Below the pieces are notes generated by a model, which saw nothing but the letters and a program-made list of their open reading frames with translations, made no database searches and was not told the DNA's origin. Positions 32,931-42,274 of a stretch of DNA of 64,000 nt are shown piece by piece (the stretch's first letter is position 1; each line of letters starts with the position of its first letter). Origin of the DNA: Vulcanimicrobiota bacterium (GTDB lineage Bacteria; Vulcanimicrobiota; Vulcanimicrobiia; Vulcanimicrobiales; Vulcanimicrobiaceae); NCBI GenBank assembly GCA_963695225.1, contig OY968762.1, positions 704,001 to 768,000 of the forward strand, read 5' to 3'. The translations under genes and the position numbers were made by a program.

Positions 32931-33631
32931 CGCAGCACCGAGGCTCGCAAGAACTCGGCCGTATCCGCGTACCCTTCCGGCGAGCCCATCTCGTAGAACC
33001 GTTGCGTCACTTCGAAGGCATGGAGCGCACGCCGGGCAATGAGACGCTGGAGCACCTCGGCGAGATCCGTCGGAACGCCGTCCCGGACGGCGGCAAAGGC
33101 ACGGGCCCGGAATATCTCCACGCCGTAGTCGATGTGCTCGAAGCGCGCGTCGGCGGCGGTCTTGTCGTAGCGCTCGATCGCTCCGTCACGAAAGAGCACG
33201 TTGCTCGCGCCGAACTCGCCGCGGTTCCGGTACACCGACATCAAGCCCTCGGCGCCGCTGCGCTCGAAAGCATCGCACATGGCGGCGTAGTCGCAGTCGA
33301 GATACGAATCGCCGTACAGCGCGAAGAAGCTCTCGCCTAGGAGCGGAAGGGCGCGCTTGAGCGCCCCGGCGGTGCCCGCCCGCACCGGGCCGTCGTGCGA
33401 ATAGCACAGGTGCAAGCCGAAGCGGCTCCCGTCGCCCACCGCCTCTTCGATCGTCTCGCCGAGATACCCGACGCACAGCACGACCTTGGAGAAGCCCTTT
33501 CGTTCGAGCAGCCGTAAGAGATGGTACAGGAAGGGCTCGCCGCCGACCGGGATCATCGCCTTCGGGAGCGTTTCCGTCGCCGGCCGCATCCGCGTTCCGA
33601 GGCCCCCGCACAATACCGCTACCGGGTACAC
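32927..33631 (-). CDS. sugar-1-phosphate nucleotidyltransferase (HddC-like)
   Basis: LCGGLGTRMRP...PKAM, GTAGAL, LYGDSY. Confidence 0.82.
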   Translation of the reverse strand: MYPVAVLCGGLGTRMRPATETLPKAMIPVGGEPFLYHLLRLLERKGFSKVVLCVGYLGETIEEAVGDGSRFGLHLCYSHDGPVRAGTAGALKRALPLLGESFFALYGDSYLDCDYAAMCDAFERSGAEGLMSVYRNRGEFGASNVLFRDGAIERYDKTAADARFEHIDYGVEIFRARAFAAVRDGVPTDLAEVLQRLIARRALHAFEVTQRFYEMGSPEGYADTAEFLRASVLR

Positions 33632-33647
33632 AGCCGCGCCCTCTCCA

Positions 33648-34655
33648 TCACGCGCTTCCCCGTTCGTGCTCGGCGATCAGCGCGCGCACCGAATCCTCGA
33701 TCGCTTCCAGCGCCGTCCGTTTGGCGTTCCAGCCCAGGCGCTTTATCTTGGAGGCGTCGAGCCGGATGATGGGGACGTCCCCTTTCCAGCCTCGGTCGCC
33801 CCCCGTGTATTCCAGGCGAACGGCTGCGGGCTCCAAGCCCAACTCGCGAATCGCGACCTCGGCGATCTTCGTCACGGTCACGAAATCGTCCGTCGCCACG
33901 TTGTACGCGTCGAACGGCACCTCACCGCCGGCCTCCGCCACCAGCAGAACCGCATCGAGCACGTCGTCGACGTGCACGTACGACTTGCACTGCGTGCCGT
34001 CGCCTAGGATGCGCAGGCGTGACGCATCCCCTCTCAGCCGGCGGACGAAATCGTAGCCGACCCCGTGCGTCTGCCGAGGCCCGACGACGTTGGCAAACCG
34101 GAACGCCCGCGCAGTGAAGCCGAAGAGGTGCGCGTACGAACACATCAGCGCTTCGCAGGCAAGTTTGCTCGCACCGTACGTCGAGATCGGAAGCGACGGT
34201 CCGTGGTCCTCGGCGAAGGTCGCGTTCGGGTCCTCGCCGTAGACCCCGCTCCCCGACGTGTAGAACACGCGCCGCACGCCGTTGAGCCGCACGGCCTCAA
34301 GAACGTTATTGACGAGATACGTGCCTTCCCAGAAATCGATGTCGGGCTGGCGCACGGCCTTCGCGATATCGGGATTCGCTGCGAGATGGAACACCGCGTC
34401 CGCCTCGCGCATCGCCGCAGTGAGTTCTCCGAGATTCTTCACATCCGCGTCGACGACGCGCAACCGGGGATCGCCCTCGTGACCGGCGAGATGCCCTCGC
34501 GTTCCCGACGTGAAATTGTCGAAGACGACGACCCGCTCGACGTCCTCGCTGCCCAGCAGCCGGGAGGTGAGATGCGATCCGATGAATCCGGCTCCGCCCG
34601 AAATGAACGGCCGGCGGAACCCGTGTACGCCGTGCGCTAGGGCTCGATCGCCCAT
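33648..34655 (-). CDS. NAD-dependent epimerase/dehydratase
   Basis: GGAGFIGSH, HLAANPD, YGASK, RFANVVG. Confidence 0.88.
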   Translation of the reverse strand: MGDRALAHGVHGFRRPFISGGAGFIGSHLTSRLLGSEDVERVVVFDNFTSGTRGHLAGHEGDPRLRVVDADVKNLGELTAAMREADAVFHLAANPDIAKAVRQPDIDFWEGTYLVNNVLEAVRLNGVRRVFYTSGSGVYGEDPNATFAEDHGPSLPISTYGASKLACEALMCSYAHLFGFTARAFRFANVVGPRQTHGVGYDFVRRLRGDASRLRILGDGTQCKSYVHVDDVLDAVLLVAEAGGEVPFDAYNVATDDFVTVTKIAEVAIRELGLEPAAVRLEYTGGDRGWKGDVPIIRLDASKIKRLGWNAKRTALEAIEDSVRALIAEHERGSA

Positions 34656-34657
34656 CG

Positions 34658-35638
34658 CTAATCCCCCGCCAGCATCTTCGTACCCTCGAAATCAAATCGA
34701 AAGCGCACTTCGCGCAGCCCAAGCTCGCGCATCGTCCGCCGTAAGAGCATCTTGTTCGCAGCGTAGAACATCAAGAACCCGCCGCCGCCGGCACCGATCA
34801 GTTTTCCCCCGAGCGCCCCGTTCTCGAGGCCCGCCGAATACCATCGATCGATCTCGGGGTTGCTCATTCCCCGGCTGCGCAGCTTCTTGTGTTGCCAGTG
34901 AACGTCCATGAGGCGCCCCAATTCGTCGACGTTGCCCCGCTCCAGCGCCTCCTTGCTCTTCCACCCAAGCTCCTTGACGAAGGTCAGGTTCGCAAGCATC
35001 GCCTCGTCGTTGTGCCGGCTCTTCTCGTCTTGCTCCTTCAGGATCGCCGAAGCCGAACGCGAGTATCCGGTGAAGAACAGCAAGAGGTTATCTTCGAGAT
35101 TGAAAAGGGTCTCGTCCGAAATCCGTAGCGGATACGCACGGACGGGCCCTCCGGCACCGAATTCGAAGCACGTTATCCCTCCGTACGCGGCGATGTATTG
35201 GTCCTGCTTTCCGATCGACTCGCGTAGGACGTCCAGCTCGATGTGGCATGCCTCTTCCGCCAGCTCGTGCGGGTGGATCAATGTCTTCTGACAATAGTGG
35301 AGCGCCTTCAAGAGCGCCGTGGTGAAGCTTCCGGAGGACCCGAGGCCGGTTCCGGCGGGGATATCCGCCATGCTCGAGATCTCGAGGTTCTTCGGCCCCC
35401 CGACGTAGCGCAGGGATTCGCGAACGATCGGATGCCGGATGTCTTCCAGCTCCGTCGCTTCCTCCATCTGCGAATACTTCACGACGTAGCCGTCCACGAA
35501 GCGTCGATGGATGTTGATGTAGACGTATTTGTCGATCGCCGCGGCGATGACGAACCCGCCATGCTCGTTGTAGTACGACGGCAAGTCGGTGCCGCCACCC
35601 CCGAGCGAGATCCGGAGAGGGCTCCGTGAGATAATCAT
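34658..35638 (-). CDS. hddA: GHMP kinase, D-glycero-alpha-D-manno-heptose-7-phosphate kinase (HddA-like)
   Basis: PLRISLGGGGTD, PAGTGLGSSG, GKQDQY, GAGGGG. Confidence 0.82.
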   Translation of the reverse strand: MIISRSPLRISLGGGGTDLPSYYNEHGGFVIAAAIDKYVYINIHRRFVDGYVVKYSQMEEATELEDIRHPIVRESLRYVGGPKNLEISSMADIPAGTGLGSSGSFTTALLKALHYCQKTLIHPHELAEEACHIELDVLRESIGKQDQYIAAYGGITCFEFGAGGPVRAYPLRISDETLFNLEDNLLLFFTGYSRSASAILKEQDEKSRHNDEAMLANLTFVKELGWKSKEALERGNVDELGRLMDVHWQHKKLRSRGMSNPEIDRWYSAGLENGALGGKLIGAGGGGFLMFYAANKMLLRRTMRELGLREVRFRFDFEGTKMLAGD

Positions 35639-35661
35639 GCTAACGCGCTCGATCCACGATG

Positions 35662-36405
35662 CTAGAGCACGTACCCCGCGGCGCGAGCATCGTCGGCGAA
35701 CATCCGCACCGTATCGACCGAGTAGGCGTCGAGATCTCTTCCGACGAGCCAAAGCTTCGCCAGGACGTCCTGCGTCGCCGTAATGACGTGGACCCCGCAG
35801 TCGCTCGCTTGGAAGATGTTCAAGAGCTCGCGAGGGCTCGCCCAGATGAGTTGGAGATTCGCATTGCCGCTCATGATGCGAAGGCTCTCGCGCATCGTGG
35901 GGAGCGGATCGCGCCCGGTATCGGCGATGCGTCCGGCAAAGACGGAGATATACGCCCCCGCCGAACCTTCCAGGGCGGCCGTGACCTCGGCCACTTGGCC
36001 GACATGCATGAGCGCGGTGACGTTCAATCTCACGCCTTCCGCGGTGAGGTCTCGAACGACTTCGAAAGTGCTGTTTCCGTTCGTGTCGGTGACGGGGATC
36101 TTCACGTACACGTTCTCGCCCCAACCGGCAATCTTGAGCGCCTGGCGCCGCATCTCCATGAAATTGTCGGCGAAAACCTCGAACGAGATGGGCCGCTTGC
36201 CCACCACCGTGAGGGCCTCCGCCGCGAAGGCTTCGTAATCGGTAACCCCGGCCTTCCGCATGAGCGTCGGATTCGTCGTGAATCCGGCAACGAGCGGATT
36301 GCGCGCGAACCGCACGATGCTCTCGTGATCCGCGCCGTCTGCGAAGAGCTTCACCTTCAGCTTGGCGAGCGAAGGAGTATGGGCGAGTTGCGCGAGTGCG
36401 ATCAT
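35662..36405 (-). CDS. transaldolase family protein
   Basis: GFTTNPTL, ISFEV, YVKIP, NVTA, ISVFAGRI, WASPRE. Confidence 0.85.
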   Translation of the reverse strand: MIALAQLAHTPSLAKLKVKLFADGADHESIVRFARNPLVAGFTTNPTLMRKAGVTDYEAFAAEALTVVGKRPISFEVFADNFMEMRRQALKIAGWGENVYVKIPVTDTNGNSTFEVVRDLTAEGVRLNVTALMHVGQVAEVTAALEGSAGAYISVFAGRIADTGRDPLPTMRESLRIMSGNANLQLIWASPRELLNIFQASDCGVHVITATQDVLAKLWLVGRDLDAYSVDTVRMFADDARAAGYVL

Positions 36406-36950
36406 GGTGCCCTCCGTGCGTCGCGCAGAATCCAACGGGCCGCTTCCAAGGGAGATCGAACCCGCGCCGAAGGCGCGCCCGCCGGGCTTCGCTCCGCCCA
36501 ACCCCGGTCGACGAGAACCGTGCGGCAGCCCGCAGCGGTGCCGGCGTCGATGTCGCGCCAGCGGTCGCCCACGAGATAGCTATCTTCCAGTCTCAACGAC
36601 CAGCGCGCCGCGGCTTCGAGGAGCATGCCCGGCAGAGGCTTGCGGCAAGCGCACTCGTCGGAATCGTCATGGAAGCACGCCATCAGATCGTCGATCCGCA
36701 GTTCCGAGGCCACGTAGTTGTTGATGGCGTCGGCGGTCCGCCGATCCATGACGCCGCGAGCCACATCCGGCTGGTTGGTCACGCAGATCGTCACGAACCC
36801 GGCCCGCTGCAAGGACGAAACGGCCAGGCGAGCTCCGTCGATCAGCCGCACTTCGTCGAGCTTCATCGGCGGGAACGGCTTGCGGTCCCGCTCGACGACT
36901 TCGTTGAGGATGCCGTCGCGATCCAGAAAGACGCCGCGCTGCGAACGCAT
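36402..36950 (-). CDS. gmhB: heptose-1,7-bisphosphate phosphatase (HAD-IIIA)
   Basis: FLDRDG, VTNQPD, CxH...CxCRKPxPGM, VGDRWRD. Confidence 0.85.
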   Translation of the reverse strand: MRSQRGVFLDRDGILNEVVERDRKPFPPMKLDEVRLIDGARLAVSSLQRAGFVTICVTNQPDVARGVMDRRTADAINNYVASELRIDDLMACFHDDSDECACRKPLPGMLLEAAARWSLRLEDSYLVGDRWRDIDAGTAAGCRTVLVDRGWAERSPAGAPSARVRSPLEAARWILRDARRAP

Positions 36951-36951
36951 C

Positions 36952-37569
36952 TCAGGCCCGTGCGCTCGCGGCGGACGCGACCGATTCCCACTTAGTCGCC
37001 GCAACCTTGACGGCGGGATGCGTCACGAGCAAATGCCACACGACAGCCTGAAAGGCTTCGGCGTGAGGCGTTACGTGAGCGGCGTTCACCGTTGGGATCA
37101 GGACGAACGCATCGGCGACCTTCGCGGTGTAGCCGCCGTCGCGCCCCACGATCCCGAGGATCGTGCAACCGGTCTCTCGACCGTATTGCAAAGCACGCGT
37201 GAGGTTCGGGCTGACGTTGCGTTCGACGTCGCCCCCGCCGACCGAGAACACGAGGAGCGCGTCGCGAGCCGAAAGCCGGCTCACTTCGAGCCACGAGCTG
37301 AAGATCGTCTCCCAGCCCTCGTCATTGGTGCGGGCCGTGAGTTCGGAGACGTTGTCGGTCGGCGCGTACGCCTCGAAGCCGGCTAGCTTTCGGAAGTCGT
37401 TCACTGCATGACTCGCGTTTGCCGCGCTGCCGCCGACGCCGAGCACGAACAGACGGCCGCCGCGTTTGCGAACGTCGGCCAGCGCTTGCGCCACGCGTTC
37501 CACGGCCTCGACGTCGATGCGGTCGAGCACGTCGCGCGCTTCGTCCAAGAACTGTCTCGCGAATGGCAT
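36952..37569 (-). CDS. gmhA: SIS-domain phosphoheptose isomerase (GmhA-like)
   Basis: GVGGSAANASHAVND, LTARTND, SPNL, HAEAFQ. Confidence 0.8.
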   Translation of the reverse strand: MPFARQFLDEARDVLDRIDVEAVERVAQALADVRKRGGRLFVLGVGGSAANASHAVNDFRKLAGFEAYAPTDNVSELTARTNDEGWETIFSSWLEVSRLSARDALLVFSVGGGDVERNVSPNLTRALQYGRETGCTILGIVGRDGGYTAKVADAFVLIPTVNAAHVTPHAEAFQAVVWHLLVTHPAVKVAATKWESVASAASARA

Positions 37570-37851
37570 TTAGCGCACACAGCCTCGCGAGAGCAGCCGC
37601 CGCGCAAGAAAGGATGCGAGTTCAGCTACGAACCGTGGCGGGATACTCACGCGAATGCGGCCTTTCACGAAACGGGCAAGACGAGTACGCGACGTGCGTA
37701 GTGATGTAGCTCTCTCTTGCTATCGGCAAATCGAAGCGGGCGCTGAACGGAGAGTCGCTCGCCCCCCACGAGCAAGCCTCGGGCGCCGTCCCTTGGAGGA
37801 CGTTGCGGTTTACGAGATCCGCAGGCCGGCGTCGCGCCGGCGCAGCACGCT

Positions 37852-38739
37852 TCAGGCCGCCGGCAGCTGGATCGAGAGGAAGCGCTCGCAGCCGGCGTAG
37901 TCTTCGCCGACTTCGATGTAGGCCTCGGGGCACGCAGCTTCGACGAGCGCGGATAACGGATCGAGCGTCGCGGGGGCAGCTTCGAACCAGAGGCTCGCGC
38001 GCGGCGCAGCGAGGCGCGGGAGCTGCGTGAGGAGCCGGCGGTACAGGTCGAGCCCGTCCGCCCCGCCGTCGAGCGCTAGGAGCGGTTCGAACCCGACCGG
38101 ATCCGGCTGCCGGGGAACGGCCGCGGACGGAACGTACGGCAGGTTCGCGATGACGCAATCGAACGGCCCGAACTCGACGAGCGGTTCGCCGAGGTCGCCG
38201 CGGACGAACGTGACGCGCTCCGCGACGCCGTGCGTGCCCGCGTTTCTGCGCGCCACCCAAAGCGCGTCCTCCGAGACATCGGCCGCGAAGACGCGCGCCC
38301 GCTCGCACTCGGCGGCAAGCGTGACGGCGAGCGCGCCGCTCCCCGTCCCGATATCACAGATGCGGACTTCCCGCGCCCCTTCGGCGAGGCGCGCGCGCAC
38401 GTCGTCGAGCGCGGCTTCGATCAAGTGCTCGCTCTCCGGGCGCGGCACGAGCACGTGCTCGTCGACGTAGAATTCGCGCCCGAAGAAGCCGGCCTTGTGC
38501 GTGAGGTACGCGACCGGGACGCCGCGCATCCGCTCGCCGATCAGCACGCCGAAGATCTCGGAGAGGTTGCGGTCCAGCTCCTCGTTTCCGTGCGCGAGAA
38601 GCCAAGCGCGGTCGGCCTGCAGCACCTCGCCGAGCAGGATCTGCGCGTCGGCCAGGGCTTCGGCCCGCACGTTCGCCGGCGTCGCTTGCGACGTGCGCAG
38701 GCGCAGGATCGCGGTTGCGAGCGCCTGCGCGATCGTCAT
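37852..38739 (-). CDS. prmC: release factor glutamine methyltransferase
   Basis: PVAY, LVPRPESE, DIGTGSG, NLPY, ALDGGADGL. Confidence 0.93.
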   Translation of the reverse strand: MTIAQALATAILRLRTSQATPANVRAEALADAQILLGEVLQADRAWLLAHGNEELDRNLSEIFGVLIGERMRGVPVAYLTHKAGFFGREFYVDEHVLVPRPESEHLIEAALDDVRARLAEGAREVRICDIGTGSGALAVTLAAECERARVFAADVSEDALWVARRNAGTHGVAERVTFVRGDLGEPLVEFGPFDCVIANLPYVPSAAVPRQPDPVGFEPLLALDGGADGLDLYRRLLTQLPRLAAPRASLWFEAAPATLDPLSALVEAACPEAYIEVGEDYAGCERFLSIQLPAA

Positions 38740-39818
38740 GCGGCGCTCGTCTCGCCGGCCAGCAAGCGCATCTTCTCGTCCGCTTGCAGGCGCGCGACGA
38801 GCTTTCCGAGATCGCCGTTGAGGATCGCCCCGATGTTCTGGAAGTTCTCGTTGATGCGGTGGTCCGTGATCCGGTCCTGCGGGAAGTTATAGGTTCGGAT
38901 CTTCTCCGAACGGTCGCCCGTCCCGACCTGGCTCTTGCGCAACGACCCGACGGCTTCGGCGGCTTCGCGCTGCGCCCGGTCGAGCAGAACGCTGCGCAGC
39001 ATCGTCATCGCGCGCTCGCGATTCTGCAACTGCGAGCGCTCCTCGCTGCACGAGACGATCACGCCGCTCGGGACGTGCGTGATGCGAATCGCGCTCTCGG
39101 TCTTGTTGACGTGCTGCCCGCCGGCGCCGCTCGATTTGTAGGTGTCGATCTTGAGATCCGACGGGTTGATCTCGATCCCGTCGACTTCTTCGGCTTCCGG
39201 CAGGACGGCGACCGTGACGGTGCTCGTGTGAACGCGCCCTTGCGATTCCGTCACCGGAACGCGCTGGACGCGGTGCACGCCGCTTTCGTACTTGAAGAAC
39301 CGGTACGGCTCCCCGCCCTTGACCGCGAGCACGACTTCCTTGTACCCGCCGGCGTCGCTCTCGCTCTGCGAGACGAGCTCGACCTTCATCTTCAGCGATT
39401 CGGCGTAGCGCGCGTACAGGCGCGCGAGCTCGGCCGCGAACAAGCTCGCTTCGTCCCCGCCGGCGCCGGCGCGGATTTCGATGAACACGTCCTTCGTATC
39501 GTTCGGGTCGCGCGGGAGCATCAGCTCGGTCAGCTCCGACTCCTGCTCCTTGCGCCGCTCGCGCAGCGCCTTGCCTTCCTCCTCCGCAAGCTCCCGGATC
39601 TCGGGGTCCGGGTCCTTGAGCAAGAGCTCGTTCGCGGCTTGCTCGTCCAGCAGCTTGCGATACGCGCGGTACGCCGCGACCGTCGGTTCGATCGAGGCGC
39701 GCTCCTTGACGAACGCCGTAAAGCGGACCTGGTCGAAAGCGCCGCTCGCGTGCGCGAGCTCCGCTTCGATTTCATCGAGTCGCTTGGAGAGCGCCGCGAG
39801 GCGCTCGAGATTGAACAC
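38736..39818 (-). CDS. prfA: peptide chain release factor 1
   Basis: VQRVPVTES (PxT), GAGGQHVN, RTYNFPQDR. Confidence 0.96.
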   Translation of the reverse strand: MFNLERLAALSKRLDEIEAELAHASGAFDQVRFTAFVKERASIEPTVAAYRAYRKLLDEQAANELLLKDPDPEIRELAEEEGKALRERRKEQESELTELMLPRDPNDTKDVFIEIRAGAGGDEASLFAAELARLYARYAESLKMKVELVSQSESDAGGYKEVVLAVKGGEPYRFFKYESGVHRVQRVPVTESQGRVHTSTVTVAVLPEAEEVDGIEINPSDLKIDTYKSSGAGGQHVNKTESAIRITHVPSGVIVSCSEERSQLQNRERAMTMLRSVLLDRAQREAAEAVGSLRKSQVGTGDRSEKIRTYNFPQDRITDHRINENFQNIGAILNGDLGKLVARLQADEKMRLLAGETSAA

Positions 39819-39833
39819 GGTATGCGAACCTGC

Positions 39834-39865
39834 AAAAAGGCGAGCCGCGTTCGTGCGGCTCGCCT
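39834..39865 (-). terminator. intrinsic terminator after rpmE
   Basis: AGGCGAGCCGC-loop-GCGGCTCGCCT followed by TTTT. Confidence 0.7.
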
Positions 39866-39884
39866 GGGGGGCGTGACGGCGTAG

Positions 39885-40154
39885 CTACGCGGAGGCGGAG
39901 AGCTCTTCGGCCTTCTTGCGCTTGCGCTCTGCGGCTTCGGCCTTCTTCGCCTCGGCGGCGGCCATGCGCTGGTTGAACTTATCGACGCGGCCTGCCGTGT
40001 CGATGAACTTCTGTTGCCCGGTGAACAGCGGGTGGCACGCGGAGCAGATCTCGACGTTGATCTCTTTGAGCGTCGAGCCCGTCGTAAAGATGTTGCCGCA
40101 CGCGCAATGGACGCGGGCTTGGGAATGCCATTTGGGGTGGATCTTCGGTTTCAC
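39885..40154 (-). CDS. rpmE: 50S ribosomal protein L31 (Zn-binding form)
   Basis: [25 protein letters not shown]. Confidence 0.95.
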   Translation of the reverse strand: MKPKIHPKWHSQARVHCACGNIFTTGSTLKEINVEICSACHPLFTGQQKFIDTAGRVDKFNQRMAAAEAKKAEAAERKRKKAEELSASA

Positions 40155-40163
40155 AGCCCTTCG

Positions 40164-40172
40164 ATTGTAGCA
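40164..40172 (-). promoter_or_regulatory. extended -10 TGCTACAAT just upstream of rpmE
   Basis: 9 nt before the GTG start, implying a near-leaderless mRNA. Confidence 0.45.
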
Positions 40173-40210
40173 CCGGCCGCAAGGGCCCTCCGCGGAGCCC
40201 CCGGCTGCGC

Positions 40211-42274
40211 TCAGACTCCGACGACCGCGCGGATCAGATTTCGGGCGTACGGGACGCCGATGCCGGTGTCCAGATCGTAGCCGATCCCCGCATTGTACCC
40301 GGGAGCGAGCGTCGGAGGCCCGGCCGCGGGGGTGGGGCAGTTGACCGGGTCCGTCGCCCCGGCACCCTGGCAGTAGAGGAGCTGGGAATTGTTCCCGTAG
40401 GCCACGTCGTAGAACGTCGAGCGGTAGAGCGCCGCGTTCGCGTATATCCGGTAAAGTAGCGGGTTCGGGTTGCCGAGGCGGTACGGGTGCGCGCTCGGCC
40501 CCGTGCCGCAGGCGGCCGTCTGCTTGCACGCCTGTAGGACGAGCGCCCACATCGCCGCCATCTCCGGCGCGGCCACGCTCGTCCCGCCGAGCAGGCCGAA
40601 CTGCACCCCGCCGAAGCTCTGATCGGCATAGGCCAGCACGGCGACTCCGGTCGCCGGATCGGCCTCGAGTGCGAGGTCGGGGATGTTCCGCTTCGCCCCT
40701 TGGATGCCGGCGGCACCTTGCTGGTATGCCGGGAGCGGGAAGTAGGCGGAGACCCCACCGCCGCTTCCGCCGTAGCCGGCATTCGTCTGCAGCCCCCAGG
40801 CGGTGAGCGGGCCGAGGAGCGCCCCCGCGCCGTCGAGCGGCGCCGTGACGCCGCCGACCGCGACCACGTTCGGATCCGTCGCCGGGTAGCTCACGCACAG
40901 CGTATTCGCGAGTGCGGGGATGCCGCGCTGGCATTCGTTCGCGCCCACATCCCCGGATGAGGCGAAGACCGCGATCCCCTCCGCCGCCAGCGCCTGGAAG
41001 ATCAGCGGGTCCAGTCCCCCGCCGTTCGAATCGAACGGGTAGGGCGGGCTGTTCCCAACGGGGCCGGCGTTCCCCGGCTCGGCTCCGCCGTAGCTGAGGC
41101 TGAGGACGTCGGCCGAGTTCGCGTCGACCGCAGTCTGCAGTTCCTGGTCCGCCTCGGCGAGGCCCTGATAGGCGCGCCCCGTCCCCGGCGCGCACGTCCG
41201 CCCTATCGCGCCGGCGCACCCGTCGTTGGGGTTGTAGGCGAGGAAGAACTGCACTTTCGAATCCCGCGCGAGCGAGGCGACCTGCTCCGTGTCCAGCTGC
41301 GCTTCGAAATCCTCGGGGTTGCACGTCGACGTCGGGGATTGGGAGGCCGGATAGTTCGGGTCGCTGCTCGCGCTGCATTGCGCGGTCACCGGCGGCGGCG
41401 TCGTGAACCCGGCCGCGCTGTTCACGACCGGGTCGGCGGAGGTCGTCGAGACGATCGAGACGCCGCTCGTTCCGCCGACGCGGAACAGCGCTTTGTACGC
41501 CTCCGCGTCACCGGTCCGGCCGCCGCCCTGCACCTGAACGGGGCCCGTCCCTATGATCCCCACCGTGATCCCGGCTCCTGTGTATCCCGCGTTGTAGGCC
41601 CCGGTGTAATCGAAGGCGGCGGCGATCTGCTGCGGGGCGTACCCCGTCGTGCGCCCGTTCGTGAGGCCGCCCGAGACCCTCACGAAGGAATGATGGAGGC
41701 GCGCGGGGCGCTTGACGATATCGACGGAACCGACGATGGGCACGCCGGCGGCGATCTGCGGGCGCGTCGCCGGCGCGACGAACGTCTCGCTGCCGTTCCT
41801 ATAGAGGCCGAACGTCGTCCCGAACGCGCTCTCGAGCTGCGCCTGCGTCCCCGTCACGTGCAGCACCATCCGCTGCCGGTAGATGCCGACCTGGAGGCCC
41901 TGTTTGCGCAGGTACGTAGCGGCCGCGATGTAGTCGCTCTTCGAAGCCAGGAAGCGGTCTGCGATCTCGTCCGGTTCGAGGAAATGCCGGTAGAGCGGAG
42001 AGTGCGGGTCGCCGACGGCGGCCGCGTAGGTTGCGAGCCCCGCCGGGTCTTTCCAGCGCACTGCGACCTCGAACGCGAGATGTCCGAAGCTCGCGGGCCC
42101 CAAGTATTGCGAACTCTGGACGAACGCCGCGTCGTAGCCGAAGCTTCCGCTCGCGGGGAGCGTGGCGCCGGGTTGCGGCAGGGCGGAACCGCCGCCGTGC
42201 CCGCCGCAACTCGCGGCGCCGAATGCGAGCAACAGCGCGCAGGCGAGGCTGCGGAACCCGTGCGTGCGTTTCAC
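40211..42274 (-). CDS. S53 (sedolisin/kumamolisin) family peptidase, lipoprotein
   Basis: Lipobox AASC; prodomain; EAQLD (Glu/Asp), [12 protein letters not shown] (Ser), YDLDTGIG Ca site. Confidence 0.88.
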   Translation of the reverse strand: MKRTHGFRSLACALLLAFGAASCGGHGGGSALPQPGATLPASGSFGYDAAFVQSSQYLGPASFGHLAFEVAVRWKDPAGLATYAAAVGDPHSPLYRHFLEPDEIADRFLASKSDYIAAATYLRKQGLQVGIYRQRMVLHVTGTQAQLESAFGTTFGLYRNGSETFVAPATRPQIAAGVPIVGSVDIVKRPARLHHSFVRVSGGLTNGRTTGYAPQQIAAAFDYTGAYNAGYTGAGITVGIIGTGPVQVQGGGRTGDAEAYKALFRVGGTSGVSIVSTTSADPVVNSAAGFTTPPPVTAQCSASSDPNYPASQSPTSTCNPEDFEAQLDTEQVASLARDSKVQFFLAYNPNDGCAGAIGRTCAPGTGRAYQGLAEADQELQTAVDANSADVLSLSYGGAEPGNAGPVGNSPPYPFDSNGGGLDPLIFQALAAEGIAVFASSGDVGANECQRGIPALANTLCVSYPATDPNVVAVGGVTAPLDGAGALLGPLTAWGLQTNAGYGGSGGGVSAYFPLPAYQQGAAGIQGAKRNIPDLALEADPATGVAVLAYADQSFGGVQFGLLGGTSVAAPEMAAMWALVLQACKQTAACGTGPSAHPYRLGNPNPLLYRIYANAALYRSTFYDVAYGNNSQLLYCQGAGATDPVNCPTPAAGPPTLAPGYNAGIGYDLDTGIGVPYARNLIRAVVGV

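Noticed and set aside
37570..37851. ops/JUMPstart or ncRNA upstream of the heptose operon
   Set aside because: No GGCGGTAG-like element or convincing structure found by eye
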